Below, piece by piece: positions 14,620 through 27,169 of a stretch of DNA of 64,000 bases; positions within the stretch are counted from its first letter, which is position 1; each line of letters begins with the position of its first letter. Below the pieces are notes generated by a model. The model worked only from the letters and a program-made list of their open reading frames with translations. It was not told the DNA's origin and did no database searches. A program made the translations under genes and the position numbers. Origin of the DNA: Acanthaster planci (taxonomy: Eukaryota); the NCBI RefSeq assembly GCF_001949145.1, contig NW_019091358.1, positions 93,984-157,983 on the forward strand. The letters run 5' to 3'.

Positions 14620-14786
14620 TATTGAATACTTGCCACCTCTTACAATCTACCCATTCAGCTCTTTATTTTGTCTCTAAAGTGCGCCCTCAAGTGTTCAAGC
14701 TGTAAGCTAAAAAACTTCCAAGATGGCGAATAAATCAGGTGAGATCGTTCCATTCCTTTGTCATTGAACCCACTCAATATCTCACA
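14620..14786 (+). repeat. 3' LTR of the Gypsy element
   Basis: Follows the PPT; starts tattga (TG apparently mutated), contains AATAAA, ends ctcaca. Confidence 0.75.
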
Positions 14787-16893
14787 GACGGGATGGTCTA
14801 CCTCTAGGTCGATACACTGGCAAATTTGGTGCACGCAACTTTAAATTTTTGTTCACTAACAATTGTCTAGGTGACAAATAACTGTCTGTGTCACCAATTC
14901 CGTTATACACAAGATAAGAGTTTACAAGAGCAACATCAAGCAAAAATAAGAACACTTTTATACACCATATGATTGATTTCCTGACAGAACGGTGCGATGA
15001 TGCCAGCTGGTCTGCAATGTCCACACCCTTCATCCCCTCGTTGTAGTCGAGTACACACTTGGGTTTCTCCAAGGCAATGCTGTCACGTTCCGCTTGCCGG
15101 TGTCGGCCATCTCAGCTGTATGCATCGTGGACAGCATACGGACATCTTTTTTGTCTCGCCAGACAAAGGTGTGCAAGCCTTTTTTTCCAGAACGGTGAAC
15201 AACATCATCCCTTTCGAGTTTCAAGGAGCACAAGTCCTTGGGCTTGTTTTGACGATTAGTCACACACCCTTCATCCCCTCGTTGTAGTCGAGTACACACT
15301 TGGGTTTCTCCAAGGCAATGCTGTCACGTTCCGCTTGCCGGTGTTGGCCATCTCAGCTGTATGCATCGTGGACAGCATACGGACATCTTTTTTGTCTCGC
15401 CAGACAAAGGTGTGCAAGCCAGAATGGTGAACAACATCATCCCTTTCGAGTTTCAAGGAGCACAAGTCCTTGGGCTTGTTTTGACGATTAGTCTCGCCGT
15501 CCTGATGACGTTTGTCTTCTGGTCGTGCAGTTTCAGGTACAGATCTGGGCTGCTGAACCAGTTGTCCAGGAAAATGCTGTACCCTTTGCCAAGAAGATTG
15601 ACGTTCAAGTCAAGTACAATTTTCGTACTTGCCAGTCCAACAGTCTGGTCTTTACCAGTGTAAATCTTGAAGTTCCAGGTGTATCAAGTGACAACACCTG
15701 TGCTCTGGCAGACTCGACACACCTTGATGCCAAACCTTGCATGCTTCTTGGGGTTGTACTGCTTGAACTTCAGTCTCCCTTTGAATTTCCAAAGGGACTC
15801 ATCGGTAGTAATCTTGCTGGACGGAATGTAGACGGGCTTGATCTCAGCCAGTTCGTCTACCACCTGGCGGAGCTTGTAGAGTCGATCGGTCGCATCTGCA
15901 TGGCTGATATTAACGAAATGCAGATAGGACAGCAAGCCCATAAATCTGTCGCGTGGCATTGTATTAGAAAAAACAGAGTCTCAAGTATTGAGTCTCTTGT
16001 CCAGTAGGACTTCAAGTCGGGTTTCGGCATAAGTCCCATGATGATGGTCATGGACAGGAACACTGACATCTCGTGTGGTGTTGTGTCGAACCAGCTTCGC
16101 ATGTGACTTGGACTTGCTTCTGATTGACTTTCGGATGTTCAGTAGCATAGCGGTTGGTCTCATTGACAATGTGCAACGTCAGCTCTGGGGTGAAGAACTG
16201 CTTGAAGATTTCGACAGGAGTGCTGTTCTTGTCCAGTTCTTGCATTTGAACACCCGCTGTGCCTTGAAAGCCGTGTTGTCAAGTTTTCAGCAACTGTCCA
16301 TTGAATGGACGAAGAAGTCTTGACCTTCTTCTTGGCAGGCCTCGCTAACGGTGGTTGCCTGTTAGAATCGCTGTCACTAGTTTCAATTTCTGAACCATGT
16401 TCAGAGTCCGATGTGAAATCTGAACCACTAGTCGCAGTCAAAGTTTCCTCTTCACTTGAAGACATTGTGTAATGCAACTGAAGGGCCGGGAAGTGGCCAA
16501 GCAAATATATACCCAGCGCTACAGAAAATGCTGCTTTTTGACAAAACAAATAACCAATTACACTGAACAATAGCCCATCTGTATCCCAAGTGTATGGTGC
16601 TGGGGTGCTGCCCACGTGTTCCCAGCCCAGTAGAGCCGTAAACCGTAGCCCGCACACCATGTCAATGACCTGTATTCATCGCGCTCCGAGCCCACATAGA
16701 ACGTGTTGCATAAGCCTTGACCACGACCTCGAGTGATGCTCCACGGAGATTAGCCAGGGTATTCAATCAAAGACAGTAGGGTGTTCTGATGAATAAAAAA
16801 TCCCATTTACCGAGTATCAGGAGATCAACCAACTCTCCAGGTTGCGCCAGATTTCCATTCAATGCAAAGGTCCCAGTAATTACAGATGTACAC
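14787..16893 (-). mobile_element. piggyBac transposon copy 1 (degenerate, both termini missing)
   Basis: Fragments TDESL..FKGRLKFKQYNPKK.ARFGIK, FLDNWF, WRDKKDVRMLST, DYNEGMKGVDIADQ; 5' non-coding region matches copy 2. Confidence 0.9.
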
Positions 16894-17166
16894 TGAATAA
16901 AGGTTGCATGTGTGGTATGCTGCTACAGCTGTCTCCCGGTAATTAGACTTTTCTACAGGCGCAACTGTTGCCTTCTTCCAGCATGAAGTGTTGGGATAAG
17001 ATGAGCTCTTGGTCTTGTGTTCGTAGGTATATTGATGCCAAATGAAAAAAAAGTAACAGTCATTTTAGTCCAAACATTATTGGCTATGCTGACAAATATC
17101 AAACTTGCAAACAAATGCCCTGAAGTGCCCCATATTTGTTGCTTTGTCCTTTTTTATTGTATGCAG

Positions 17167-17290
17167 AGCGCCAACACTCAAGAGACTTCAGGAGTACTTG
17201 TTCTTTGTTTGGGACCCTGATTTACCAGGTGGAGAAGATGAGCCAATGAAGATCCTTGAAGAAGGGCCTTTGGACGGTGAAACATATCGT
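17167..17290 (+). CDS. LRRC9: LRRC9 internal exon (phase 2 to 0)
   Basis: tgcag|...CGT|gtaagt; encodes APTLKRLQEYLFFVWDPDLPGGEDEPMKILEEGPLDGETYR; phase joins the previous exon. Confidence 0.88.
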
Positions 17291-17328
17291 GTAAGTTCAA
17301 TTGTCAGTTGTGCACAGTTTCAGCTTAA

Positions 17329-17875
17329 CCACATGCTGCCAGGTGCTTATAAAACTGCAGTGTATATGGGGCGATTTTCAAGATTTTCAGTTTTCAAAAT
17401 TCTTCAAAAATTCATCATTTCATTTAACGGACGTTTACACCCACATGAAGGACTTTTTGATGGATACTCTAAGTTGACAGGTAACCTTCATTGACTCCTG
17501 AATATTTCAGCTAGGCCTGCAGCCTTGTAAAAAGAGCCCAGATTGTGCAGTGTTATGTAAGTGTCTTTTGTTCCCGAAACCAGCACAGTGCACTGCTGGC
17601 ATCTTTTCAATACAGGCCAGATTAACTACAGGGCTGCTGTGTGGCTCATCGTTGCGGTGGTGGAGCGCTTTTGTCCCCTGTGGTAATCCACTCTTTCTAA
17701 ATGCCCCAACCTTGGTATACTGTTTCAAAACAAGGCTGGATTATCTCCACTATTGAGAATGAAAAAATGTCGGTTATACCCAGCAACTCAGTCTTTTGTG
17801 TTGAGCATGGTTTTTGTTACAAGGCCCAGGTCTTTTGTCCCAGCTTCAGACTCCCCAGCTTCGTGTATAAAGCCT
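17329..17875 (+). mobile_element. TTAA-flanked ~550-590 bp MITE family (CCAC termini), copy a
   Basis: Begins ttaa|ccacatgctgccaggtg; colinear with 43057-43645 and inverted relative to 47502-48061 and 48597-49002. Confidence 0.7.
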
Positions 17876-18099
17876 GTACATCTGTTTTGCAGTCATATTT
17901 CAACCAATCTTGTAAAAATATTTTGAAGTTTTGTTAGTATTTTCTTGTTTAATTTAGTAACCATATTTGTATAACTTGGATGTCTCTTTCCTGTTATTAC
18001 AAGAAAAAAATTCAAATTCATACCAAGCAGCGGGCTATGGCAGCTTTGCCGTTCTAGTTCAGCTTAGTGTGGTTGTTGTACCCTGGTTTCAGAAGGATA

Positions 18100-19450
18100 T
18101 TCACCTGGAATACATCTAGTTCCATCTACTGTACCATTATTCTCCTTCTGGATGCCATCATCCGATCTCATATTGGATGGTGACTCTCCAATCAAAATCT
18201 CTGCAACACCCCATTTTAGTGGCCGTTTCTGACAATGACACTATTAACAACAAATGCTTTGGAGTTGGATTGAGGCATTCACCTGCAGACATGTCTCTCC
18301 TGACTGACCTGTCTGTCACAGGGTCTTGGTCTCCAGTGGCATGATACCTTCACATTAACCAGCAGTGTAACAAGCTGCTTCATTCAGGTGAGAATGGAAA
18401 TTCTACAGTGGTGTCCTACCTGAATCATGGAGGGGGGCATTTATCATCCTGTGCATAATGCCTCAGTTTGTGTGCCCCTCATCAGACTTCTCTTCGAGCA
18501 AGTTACCTATTTGGGAAGAACGGTATTTTTAAGAAGCCCTGATGTATCGGTACTGTGGTTACTTCATCCAAAAGACCAACAGAGTTTCAACAGTCTAGGA
18601 ACTCCACAAATTAACCTACTTGCCTCCCACCTTAGTTGCTAGTCACCAACATTCTCCTCTCTCATGCCAATTTTAAGGCTTGGGCCACAGACTCTTTGAG
18701 CATCAACTGGACAGTTTTTCCCTCCAAGGTTTGCCTTCCCTCTAGTCACAGCTTCCTTGAGTTTTGCCCAAATCAGCCAGGAGACATGCAAAATAAATTA
18801 TCCTGATTGTTCCATACTGGCTAGGCAGGCAACGTTTCCTTGGCTCCTTGATCTACTAATTTCCTAGCCAATTGTTCTTCTATACCATCTGGATGTATTT
18901 ATACAACCAGCATCCAAACTACTGTATCCAGGTAGTCTTCGTTTCTCTGCCCACATGTTTTCAAGCTGTCCTTCAGAGCAGCAGGCCTCCAGAGGATGCT
19001 GCAGGCCTCGCAGCTAGGAGCAGGGGAGTCACAGCCAGAAAAACTGAAGACAGTTTCTAAGAACACTTCTTCAAATAGAGTTAATAGAGAACTGCGGATC
19101 GCTATTCTTCATCAGAAACAGTCAATCAGAGACTTCTTATTTTATCTCTACAACTCTAGCCTGCAGATGTCCACTATCTTGAGGCTACAAATCAGCCATT
19201 GGTCAGTACGTGTGAAAGACAGCTTTAAAATGTCCAACAGTGCCTACACCTGTCAGTTAAAAGGTTGTTTCTGGAGTAACCTCCTTCTGAAAAGCTCATT
19301 CCAACTTGGCACCTTGGCTTCTTTTCAAACTGCCCAAAACACCTTGAACTGGCTAGGTCTTCTTCACTTCCTCACCTGACAGTCAAAACAGTTATTTTTA
19401 CCCACAGCTTCAACAGCACTTCAGATAAGTGCACTCCTTTCCCTTAATGT
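18100..19450 (+). mobile_element. DIRS-like retrotransposon remnant (RNase H / methyltransferase / YR N-terminal traces)
   Basis: Degenerate peptides GSWS...LHIN, VSYLNHGGG, PQINLLAS, IRDFLFYL...LQMSTI. Boundaries approximate. Confidence 0.5.
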
Positions 19451-20012
19451 TATTCCTTCAAATTTGAATAATTTAAATAATTATTCCAATAGTTCGAATT
19501 TCCCCAGACTAAAGATACTGGTGTCATACCTTATAATTTGGGTCAAGCTTTTGCATAGCAGCCACCACCTCTTGAATGGACTGGATTCTTGTGTCCGTCT
19601 TCTTCACTGAAAACAGTGGTGTAATGCATCGCTTATGTTACCTTGCAAAAGCTTGCCCCAGATCACGATGTATAGCATGTAGAGCAAGTGTCTTTCGTAT
19701 GGAGAAGTCTAATTGTTATGATCTCAAACTCCATGTACCAGATTTTATTCAAATGTAACTTGCAAAAGGGTATTGCTCAGTATAGCAGTGTTGCACTGTA
19801 GTGGCAGAATATATATAATTGCAACTGCTTGTACTTATTGTTCAGAAATGTTTTTCAATAATTCTCAACATGGCAAAAGGTTTTTCACTGTTCTGTTATT
19901 TCTATGATTATTATTGTTTGTTTATTTTGTGAGAATGTACTAAGAAAGTAACCCTCAGTCGACAGTATGCAGAAGTTACTGTTCTAACTCTTACTGTTAT
20001 TTTTCCTTGTAG

Positions 20013-20203
20013 CAACTTGGTCTTGATGGGGCAATACCTCTGTCTAACAGCCTGAGCTTGTGTGATAAACCAAGGATAGAATCAGCCATCAACAAGGCAG
20101 TGAAAGGGCCATGCCTAGACCCATGCCCATTTAGATTTGGCCAGTTGGTGGTGTGTAAGGTCTACTTGGGAAGGAGTCTTCCTGCCTTGGATGTGAAAAT
20201 GAA
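20013..20203 (+). CDS. LRRC9: LRRC9 internal exon (phase 0 to 2)
   Basis: ccttgtag|...AA|gtaagt; encodes QLGLDGAIPLSNSLSLCDKPRIE...FRFGQLVVCKVYLGRS (LRRC9 SNSLS..PRIE and KVxLG motifs). Confidence 0.88.
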
Positions 20204-23159
20204 GTAAGTGAGAATATGCGGAAAAGATGGATCACTTCTCATGGACTACAAAACAATGTTCATTGTTTGTGTGTTTACCAGTAGATCCAATGAAACTGAT
20301 GTCCTAAAATTGCAAAAAAAAAAATTTTACCCATAAAAGCATGCTGTTGAGAGTTAAGCTAATGTTTTACTCAAAAATGATAACGTTACAGTGTCAAGGA
20401 TCAACATATGTTGGATCACTGCTGGTTAGATTTATGTCCTTAATACCTTTTTCTTCCAGATTTATGTGGTATGTTTGCCACAGGTTTGTATGTATTTAAG
20501 TAGCAGAATCACTGATCTGGATTGTATTACTTGATAACAAATCTGCATAAAACCTTAAAAGTAGAAAATACTCCATTTACTTGCGGAGAATGAATGGAAC
20601 CTTCTTGGTTTTATCCTGTTTATCAAGACTAAACTTATATAAGACGTTGTTGGTGAGGGAATAAAGTATATAGTGCAATTCAAATTAGGTATCCAAGTCG
20701 AGAATTTTGCAGACATAAAAATTGCTACTTATTGCCCAGTACTGTCCACTTTGATCAACCCCTCCTCTCCATTTCTTGATTTTACATAGAACTGGTGGTC
20801 AGTGAAAAAAAAACCTGTTTTTAAATACGGATGCTAAATGCCTTGTTAACATATAGCCCAAGTGAAAATGATTTTGCCGTGCCTTTGTGTATTGTATTCA
20901 ACAAGCCAGTGGCACACCATTAATTCATGTATAATTGACTCTCATTATTTGTGACTAGAAGCACTAGTATAACAAACACACATCTTCGGTCCGAGTGAAA
21001 ATGTGCACATGCCCATGGGGAGAAACTCCATTACAACGCAATATGAAATTCCATTTATGACAAAAGATTTTTGTCACTCAGTTGCATAAAAAAAATTATG
21101 GTCGGTGATCTGTGTGTGAAAGGTATTCACAGTTTCTGGATGACAGCTTGTTACACACAGAGGGACGCAATCAACACGCAGCATAGCCAATTAAATGCGA
21201 TTCTACCACAGCTTCAATATTGTTTTATTGGTATCACAGATTATTCAAGAAGAAACTACTAGCACTAATGATATTGTGCAGGGCAAGGATTTGGTTACCA
21301 AACACAGGGCCACCAACTGACAGACAGCAGACAAACAAACCTGGAACAACCACTGTCCAGATACTCTGCTACTTCAATTTATCAATCACCCTTTTCACAG
21401 AGTCCACCAGAAACTGCCATCCCACCGATAATCGATAATCGTATTGTGTGGCTCAGTGGGCTCCTCATAAACATAACTGTGCCACCTGACACACCAAATC
21501 CATTATCACCAATCCCTGTTGGTCGACCGACCTTGTAAACACCACAAGCCAACACTGAACTGGACAGCCTTGCCTTTGGGCTGATCAGGCCCGCAATAAT
21601 ATCACCAATAAGATAAAACAACAGCCCCGGTTGGAACATACAAGGATTAAATAATAAGCTACCTAATAAAGTCAATAATCAGTTTCCCTGGCTGAAACTT
21701 TCCAGGGATACCAGGTCCGGTTGGAACGTACCGGGTTGTCCTTCTTGCATCTTTGTGAGGTTATTAATTTTGTAACTGCTACTAACTATCTAATTACGGA
21801 AGCTGCTTGACTTACGATTAAAATTTACAACTTTGGGTATCTTTTCTGCTTACTAAAAATGCTAGAATCAGTGGACGGAGGTGCAGGAAGAGGAAACAAA
21901 TTTTCTCAAGAAGTTTTCTCTTCCTTAAGCTGTGACAAAGTGACATCTGGGAAGGCCAATCTCCCATTACTACCTATCACAGTCCCCCCACTGCCGGCTG
22001 ACCCTTTTGGCCCAAGTCACTGCTGACCTCAGTGGCCTACTTATTTCCATTTTTCCAATCCCTGTGTGTGCTGCCATGGACTATGCCTGTAATATTGACC
22101 AAAGACCAAGGGCTGTACCAATAGGCCATGCGCCCTATGTGTATAAAGCATTTTATCGCCAATGGCTTTAAAATGTATTATCCAGACCTTAATAATCAGC
22201 AGAATAAGTCTGTAGACAGTAACCAAAATGCACAGCACCAATGATGCATTCCAGTCTCTTGCACTATCTGATCGTGTAAACCATTGGCATTTTCCATTTT
22301 TAAGTAATGCCATAAACCCCAAAACCTTGATAAATGAATGCATTTCTTTCCACATTTATATAATTTGAAAAAGAAAGACCAAAAAGACAAAATTCTTCGA
22401 ACCATAATTCCACATCTATGAAAAACCTAATCTAATTATAGGTTTTTGTCTTCACACTGACTGATATTCCCTGACATACAGTACATTAAAAAAATTAAAA
22501 ATAATAATAATTTTATTGAAGTTGAAGCCCAATTTTATAGTAAAAGTATATCACTCCAAGCCAAAGCCCCCAAATAGTGGTTGAAACTTTATGTTAGGAA
22601 CCCGATAGGATTTATTGCCGAATCACTAAATCGTTATTGTTGCAAAGAATTATGGGTATGAGATCTGGCTCATGCCCGCCCTTGGGTTTGTACATTTGCA
22701 TGATGTTTACTTTGCTAGACAAAATTAATAACTGTTTCATCATACAGTACATTTATGACAACACACTCCTTAGGCAGAATTCTCATCGGGGTGTCTCTGA
22801 TGTAAGTTTAGATGATCAGTCACTCATGGCAATCCATATGTGAAATATCCGAACTGCCATGTGCTCAAAGATTATTGGTGTGTCACATTGGACTTTACAT
22901 TTGCAAACATACAACAAAATGGATATATATATATCCTTAACATAATTTTTGCAGGAAAGATGACTTACATGGAAGGGAAGCAGTTGATCTTGTAATTCTC
23001 AAATTGTATACATTTAGTAATGAATTACTTTACTTCAAGATCCTTAGTAATTTTATTTCATGTTTACATTTTTCAAATAACATAAGGTTTACTTTTAGAT
23101 TGAGAGGTTTTCGGAAGCATCATCCAAAGGTACATCTCTTTTGAATATGTGTGGTTTTG

Positions 23160-24125
23160 AAAGAACCGGAGGATACTCACTATTTTGGACAATATTCTTT
23201 GTCGGTCGTCAGGAGACTGTAGAGGTTCCAGTGATGGAGCGGCTTATAAAGTGTCTGGAGGTTGAAAGGATGCTAACTCAGGATCCAACCAAGGAAACTC
23301 GAGCAGAACATGGGATGCTAGCAGGTTGGCGAAATGTGTCAGTCTGGAGGAGGAAGCACGCGGGAAGGTTGCCAGGGGTATAAGAGACCCATAGATGGGT
23401 AACATGTCGTAGGGTATAGAAAACCCTTTGGACTGGGGTGTGAGGATGGGATGCCAAATGTCACTGTCGAAACCGATGTCTTGTGGTAGCATATTGAGCT
23501 TGAGGATTTGGATGGCTTCTCTGGACAGCGAGGGTTGCAATATGCATCGTTGGTTATGAGTTTGACTTTGCTCCAGTCAGTTTGGTGGTCTTTGGTGTGG
23601 GAGTGCTTGATGACGGCACTCCCACTGGGCTCTGTCTTCACTCAGTCTGGTAGGCAGGTCCCTGCCAGTCTTGCCGATGTGCACTTTGCTACATTGGAAG
23701 GGGATCTTGTGCACTTCTGGATTGTGCTGTAGATTGTATGTTACACTTGAATATCATGCTTGTGCAGGATGTGCTGGCAAGTACTTCCTAGGTAGGGGTG
23801 GGTAATAGAACAGTGGACCCCAACTAGTTGGCTTTGGGTATAGGTGACCCTTCAGCCAGGGATGGATATTGAGTCGTGTGTCTTGACTTGGCTTTGCTTG
23901 TATCCATTTCAGTGCAGTGCTATAGTGATGTGATGGAGTTCTTGGGTGAGATGTTCCTTGTTGCAGACTTTGTATGCCCTATGGACAGGGGCCCAGTTGA
24001 CTAAAGACTTAATTTTGGATTGATGGAAGGACATGCCGTGTAGGTATTTATATGTTTGTTTGGGTTTCCACTAAACTGGAACGGTAAAATTGCCATCCTG
24101 CTTTCTGGGTACCTCAATGTCTAGA
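23160..24125 (-). mobile_element. Penelope-like element 3' fragment (RT C-terminus, GIY-YIG endonuclease, tail)
   Basis: Minus-strand peptides VHRAYKVC..EHL.QELHHI...NGY, IGKTGR, SAVIKHSHTKDHQTDWSKVKLI, PQDIGFDSDIWHPIL. Confidence 0.75.
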
Positions 24126-26639
24126 AATGAGATGCTGTTGTTTTCTTGTTCCCGTGGTTAACTGTATGCTGCTGAAAGCATACTGTCCAAAATGTTGAGT
24201 CCTTTCCAGTTCTTTTCAGAACCATGAAAAACTTCAAAGCTCCAGGTTTATTGTTTAAAAAATTCACATTGTTTGATGAGTCATACGCTGGTGGGCTTTC
24301 TTGCCGTCCCAAAAAGTGCATACTGTTTCTGCCGTGGGTATTAATGTGAGTCCAGAATATTCCTGTCAGCAGGATAACTTGAAACTTACGTTGTGTATGG
24401 ACTTAAATTTGGTTTGTGGATTGCTCTTGATCCTAGGTAAGGAAGCCACTTTTGCAGTTATGGGCAAAAGTTAAAAGGGCAATGTCACAACAGCTTAAGC
24501 AATAGAAATCTTGTCAGTGGATAACTTGAGATCCTAGGAACCATATCACATATTGGGCAAACAAGGTCAAGGTCACAAAGGCTAAAACAATAAAAAAAAA
24601 TTAAGATAATGTAACCCTTGGTTACTATTTCAAGAAACCAGGAACCAAATTTCGTATTAACTTAATTCACTTTTGAAGAAAATCTTGACCTCACACAATT
24701 CAGGATTTACATACAAAAGAGATTACGCTTTATTGGAGGGAATAAACAAGTCAATCAATCTGAGAAATACAAAGGGCTTACTTTGCCATGTGAGAAAGTT
24801 TCATGGTGAATTAAGTGTAAACTATATTTTCACAGTGTTGAGATTCATAGTGTCAGGAAGAACACCTCTGAGACAACTACATGTACATGTACAGTGGAAC
24901 ACTGTTATAACAAGGTCCTTGGAAGTTTTACAAATTCTTTGTGTAATCAGTTATGAAAACAAAAATCAATCAACACTTTTTTTCCCATGTCATAAATATA
25001 TCTTGTATTATCAATGCTCGTCTTTCTGTCTGCAATTATTCATGTATTGCGAGAGTCCACCGTGCTCCCACAGATGAACTCAAGCCACGGTGGCCATTTC
25101 ACGCAAATGCAACCTAGCCTCTGACATATCTATGGCTTGGACATCCAGACGTAATCCAGACGGTAGCACTTTCTGGGCCAACTTCCTGGATCGCTGTCCC
25201 GGTGAATATGCCATCGGTGCACAGACCCACTCCTGAATCTCCATCACAGTCTTCTGGAGTTGCTCTCTGTGCCATCGGTATAGGCCCACAAAGGCCACGG
25301 GGAAGTGAGTCTATGCTTTATCTGGTGAAGTGTAAAATGACCACTACAGGTCTAAACCTACCCGCATTTGACACTGCGTCACCGTGCACCCAGACAGGAA
25401 CGAGCAACTTGCATTTTCCGGGCAGCCTTCCTATCTTTTTGTCCTGGTGAATTCGCCATCATGGTGCAAACCTGCCGCTATGTCTCTCCAGTCTGCATCC
25501 CAGGCATCCAATCTTAACGATTTTCAAGCCCTTGCACCTCGTAATCCAATCCAGAGTTTGCCCCTAAGGGACCCTGCGGGAGAAATTTTGCATTTCTATT
25601 TCCACTGCGGCTCACCACGTACAGCCCTGTGATGCAGTATGGCCATTCTGTGGTCCCCACTTACGTGGCTCCACATGGACCCAGACCATGTGTTCACCCC
25701 TGGAATGGGACATGGCTTACCTTCAATTTGACATGAACGTCTTCAACACCCTTCTGCATATTCAGGTGTTTTACACTACTGCTAAAGACAACTTATGCAT
25801 CAGACTTTAGCGAAATTGACCAACTTGTTTGCGCCACAGACATCCCGCAGGATATAGCAGCGCGCCAGTCCCCGCCAAACAAAAGACCCCTTGACAACCA
25901 GGTGTGCCTGTTCATGGAACGCAATTTGCAAGGCTGACATAAATTACCAGTCTTATTAATACACCTGAAGTTCCGCGGATTTCAAACTCGGAAAAAAGTT
26001 GCTACCAGGCTACTTTTGGCCTGTAATTGACCATGAAAAGAATGCCTTTTTGTACCAAGGTAGATAAATAATAGTAATATATTTCTTGCAGCTGCGGGGA
26101 AACAAAATCCGTTGATCCTTCATCATCAGTGAAGTTACATATTTGTACAAGCATATGCAAAATGAAAACAGCAAACATATCCCACCAACAACAACACTAC
26201 CAGTTTTCCCAAACAACAGACACAACATGGGCATAGAATTCAAACCCTATTTCGTGAAGTTTCTGTTACAATTGTTTCTGACATTTCAAAACATGATTTA
26301 TTGTATGAACAAAAGAACGCTTATAGTCAATTTAGCGATGGCGCATTAGCAAGCCTTCCATGAGGAATTACTTGCTCGATAAAGACTGACACCAACTTTA
26401 TCTTGGTTACATGAAGTCTTTGTTCATTTCATTTCTTTCCCTCTTATCAAGGTAAATTATTTGGATATGAAAAGAAAGTTCTCCTTTCCATCTGGACCTC
26501 ACCACAGTCGTGCTAGGGGTTCTGGATTAAATGTCATTTCCCTTTTTGAGTAAGTCTTGCAGCTTTCTTGCCTCTTCTTTCGCACTGCCAACCAAAGCCA
26601 CATCAACAGAAAGGACAAGGGATCATGTAATTAGCCTGC

Positions 26640-27010
26640 AGACGATCCACATGGCAGGGTTTGGCAATGTAATGGTGGACGCACTCTCCCTGGGATGATA
26701 GAGCAGCCTTTCATCGATCTCTTCACTTCTTCAAACAACGCTCAATTTCTAACGATCTTTTCCTGTTTGGTGGGACTTTATAGCAATGCTATAGCCAAGG
26801 CCACGTGGGATGTCATCTGCCTACGTTTCAAAAATGTGACTGCAGATTTTAGCATTTGTTATGTGCTTTGACAATCAAGCTTCGGCCCCAGCTAACGCTC
26901 CTGTGAGGGCTATAACAGACTTCCTTATGTACTTCTTTCATTCGGAGCTACAAGTATCTATAACTCATATCTTAAGGTCAGCCCTAGCTGCTATACGCGT
27001 TGGTTTCAAA
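26640..27010 (+). mobile_element. DIRS-like remnant
   Basis: QPFIDLF...NNAQ (methyltransferase-like) and APVRAITDFLMYFF (YR N-terminal-like) peptides. Confidence 0.45.
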
Positions 27011-27169
27011 GTCGGTTCAACCACCTTTAACAGCGTGACATTCTCTCACCCATAATTATAAAATAAATAGACACAAGAAAAACACAAGACAATTTTTCAG
27101 TTTTCTTCTTCTCTTGATGACTTGTCATTTCTTTTTTTCTTTCATTTCTCTTCTCATACATGTATTTAC

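Larger units (their letters stand above)
10037..14786 (+). mobile_element. Ty3/Gypsy (Mag/K02A2.6-like) LTR retrotransposon, degenerate, 5' LTR truncated
   Basis: PBS-like tggcaatgaggatg at 10072. gag from ATG 10277 with two CCHC-like knuckles. Protease DTGS, RT (ILDD), RNase H (LACDA), integrase (HEGHLG, SDNGPQF, NGLAERFVQTFK). PPT ggggaggaaa. 32 bp shared by 10037-10068 and 14755-14786. Confidence 0.93.

Noticed and set aside
23099..23129. Possible small LRRC9 exon (ag|...AAG|gtacat)
   Set aside because: No LRRC9 similarity; exons ending 20203 and starting 30337 already join in phase with colinear homology.
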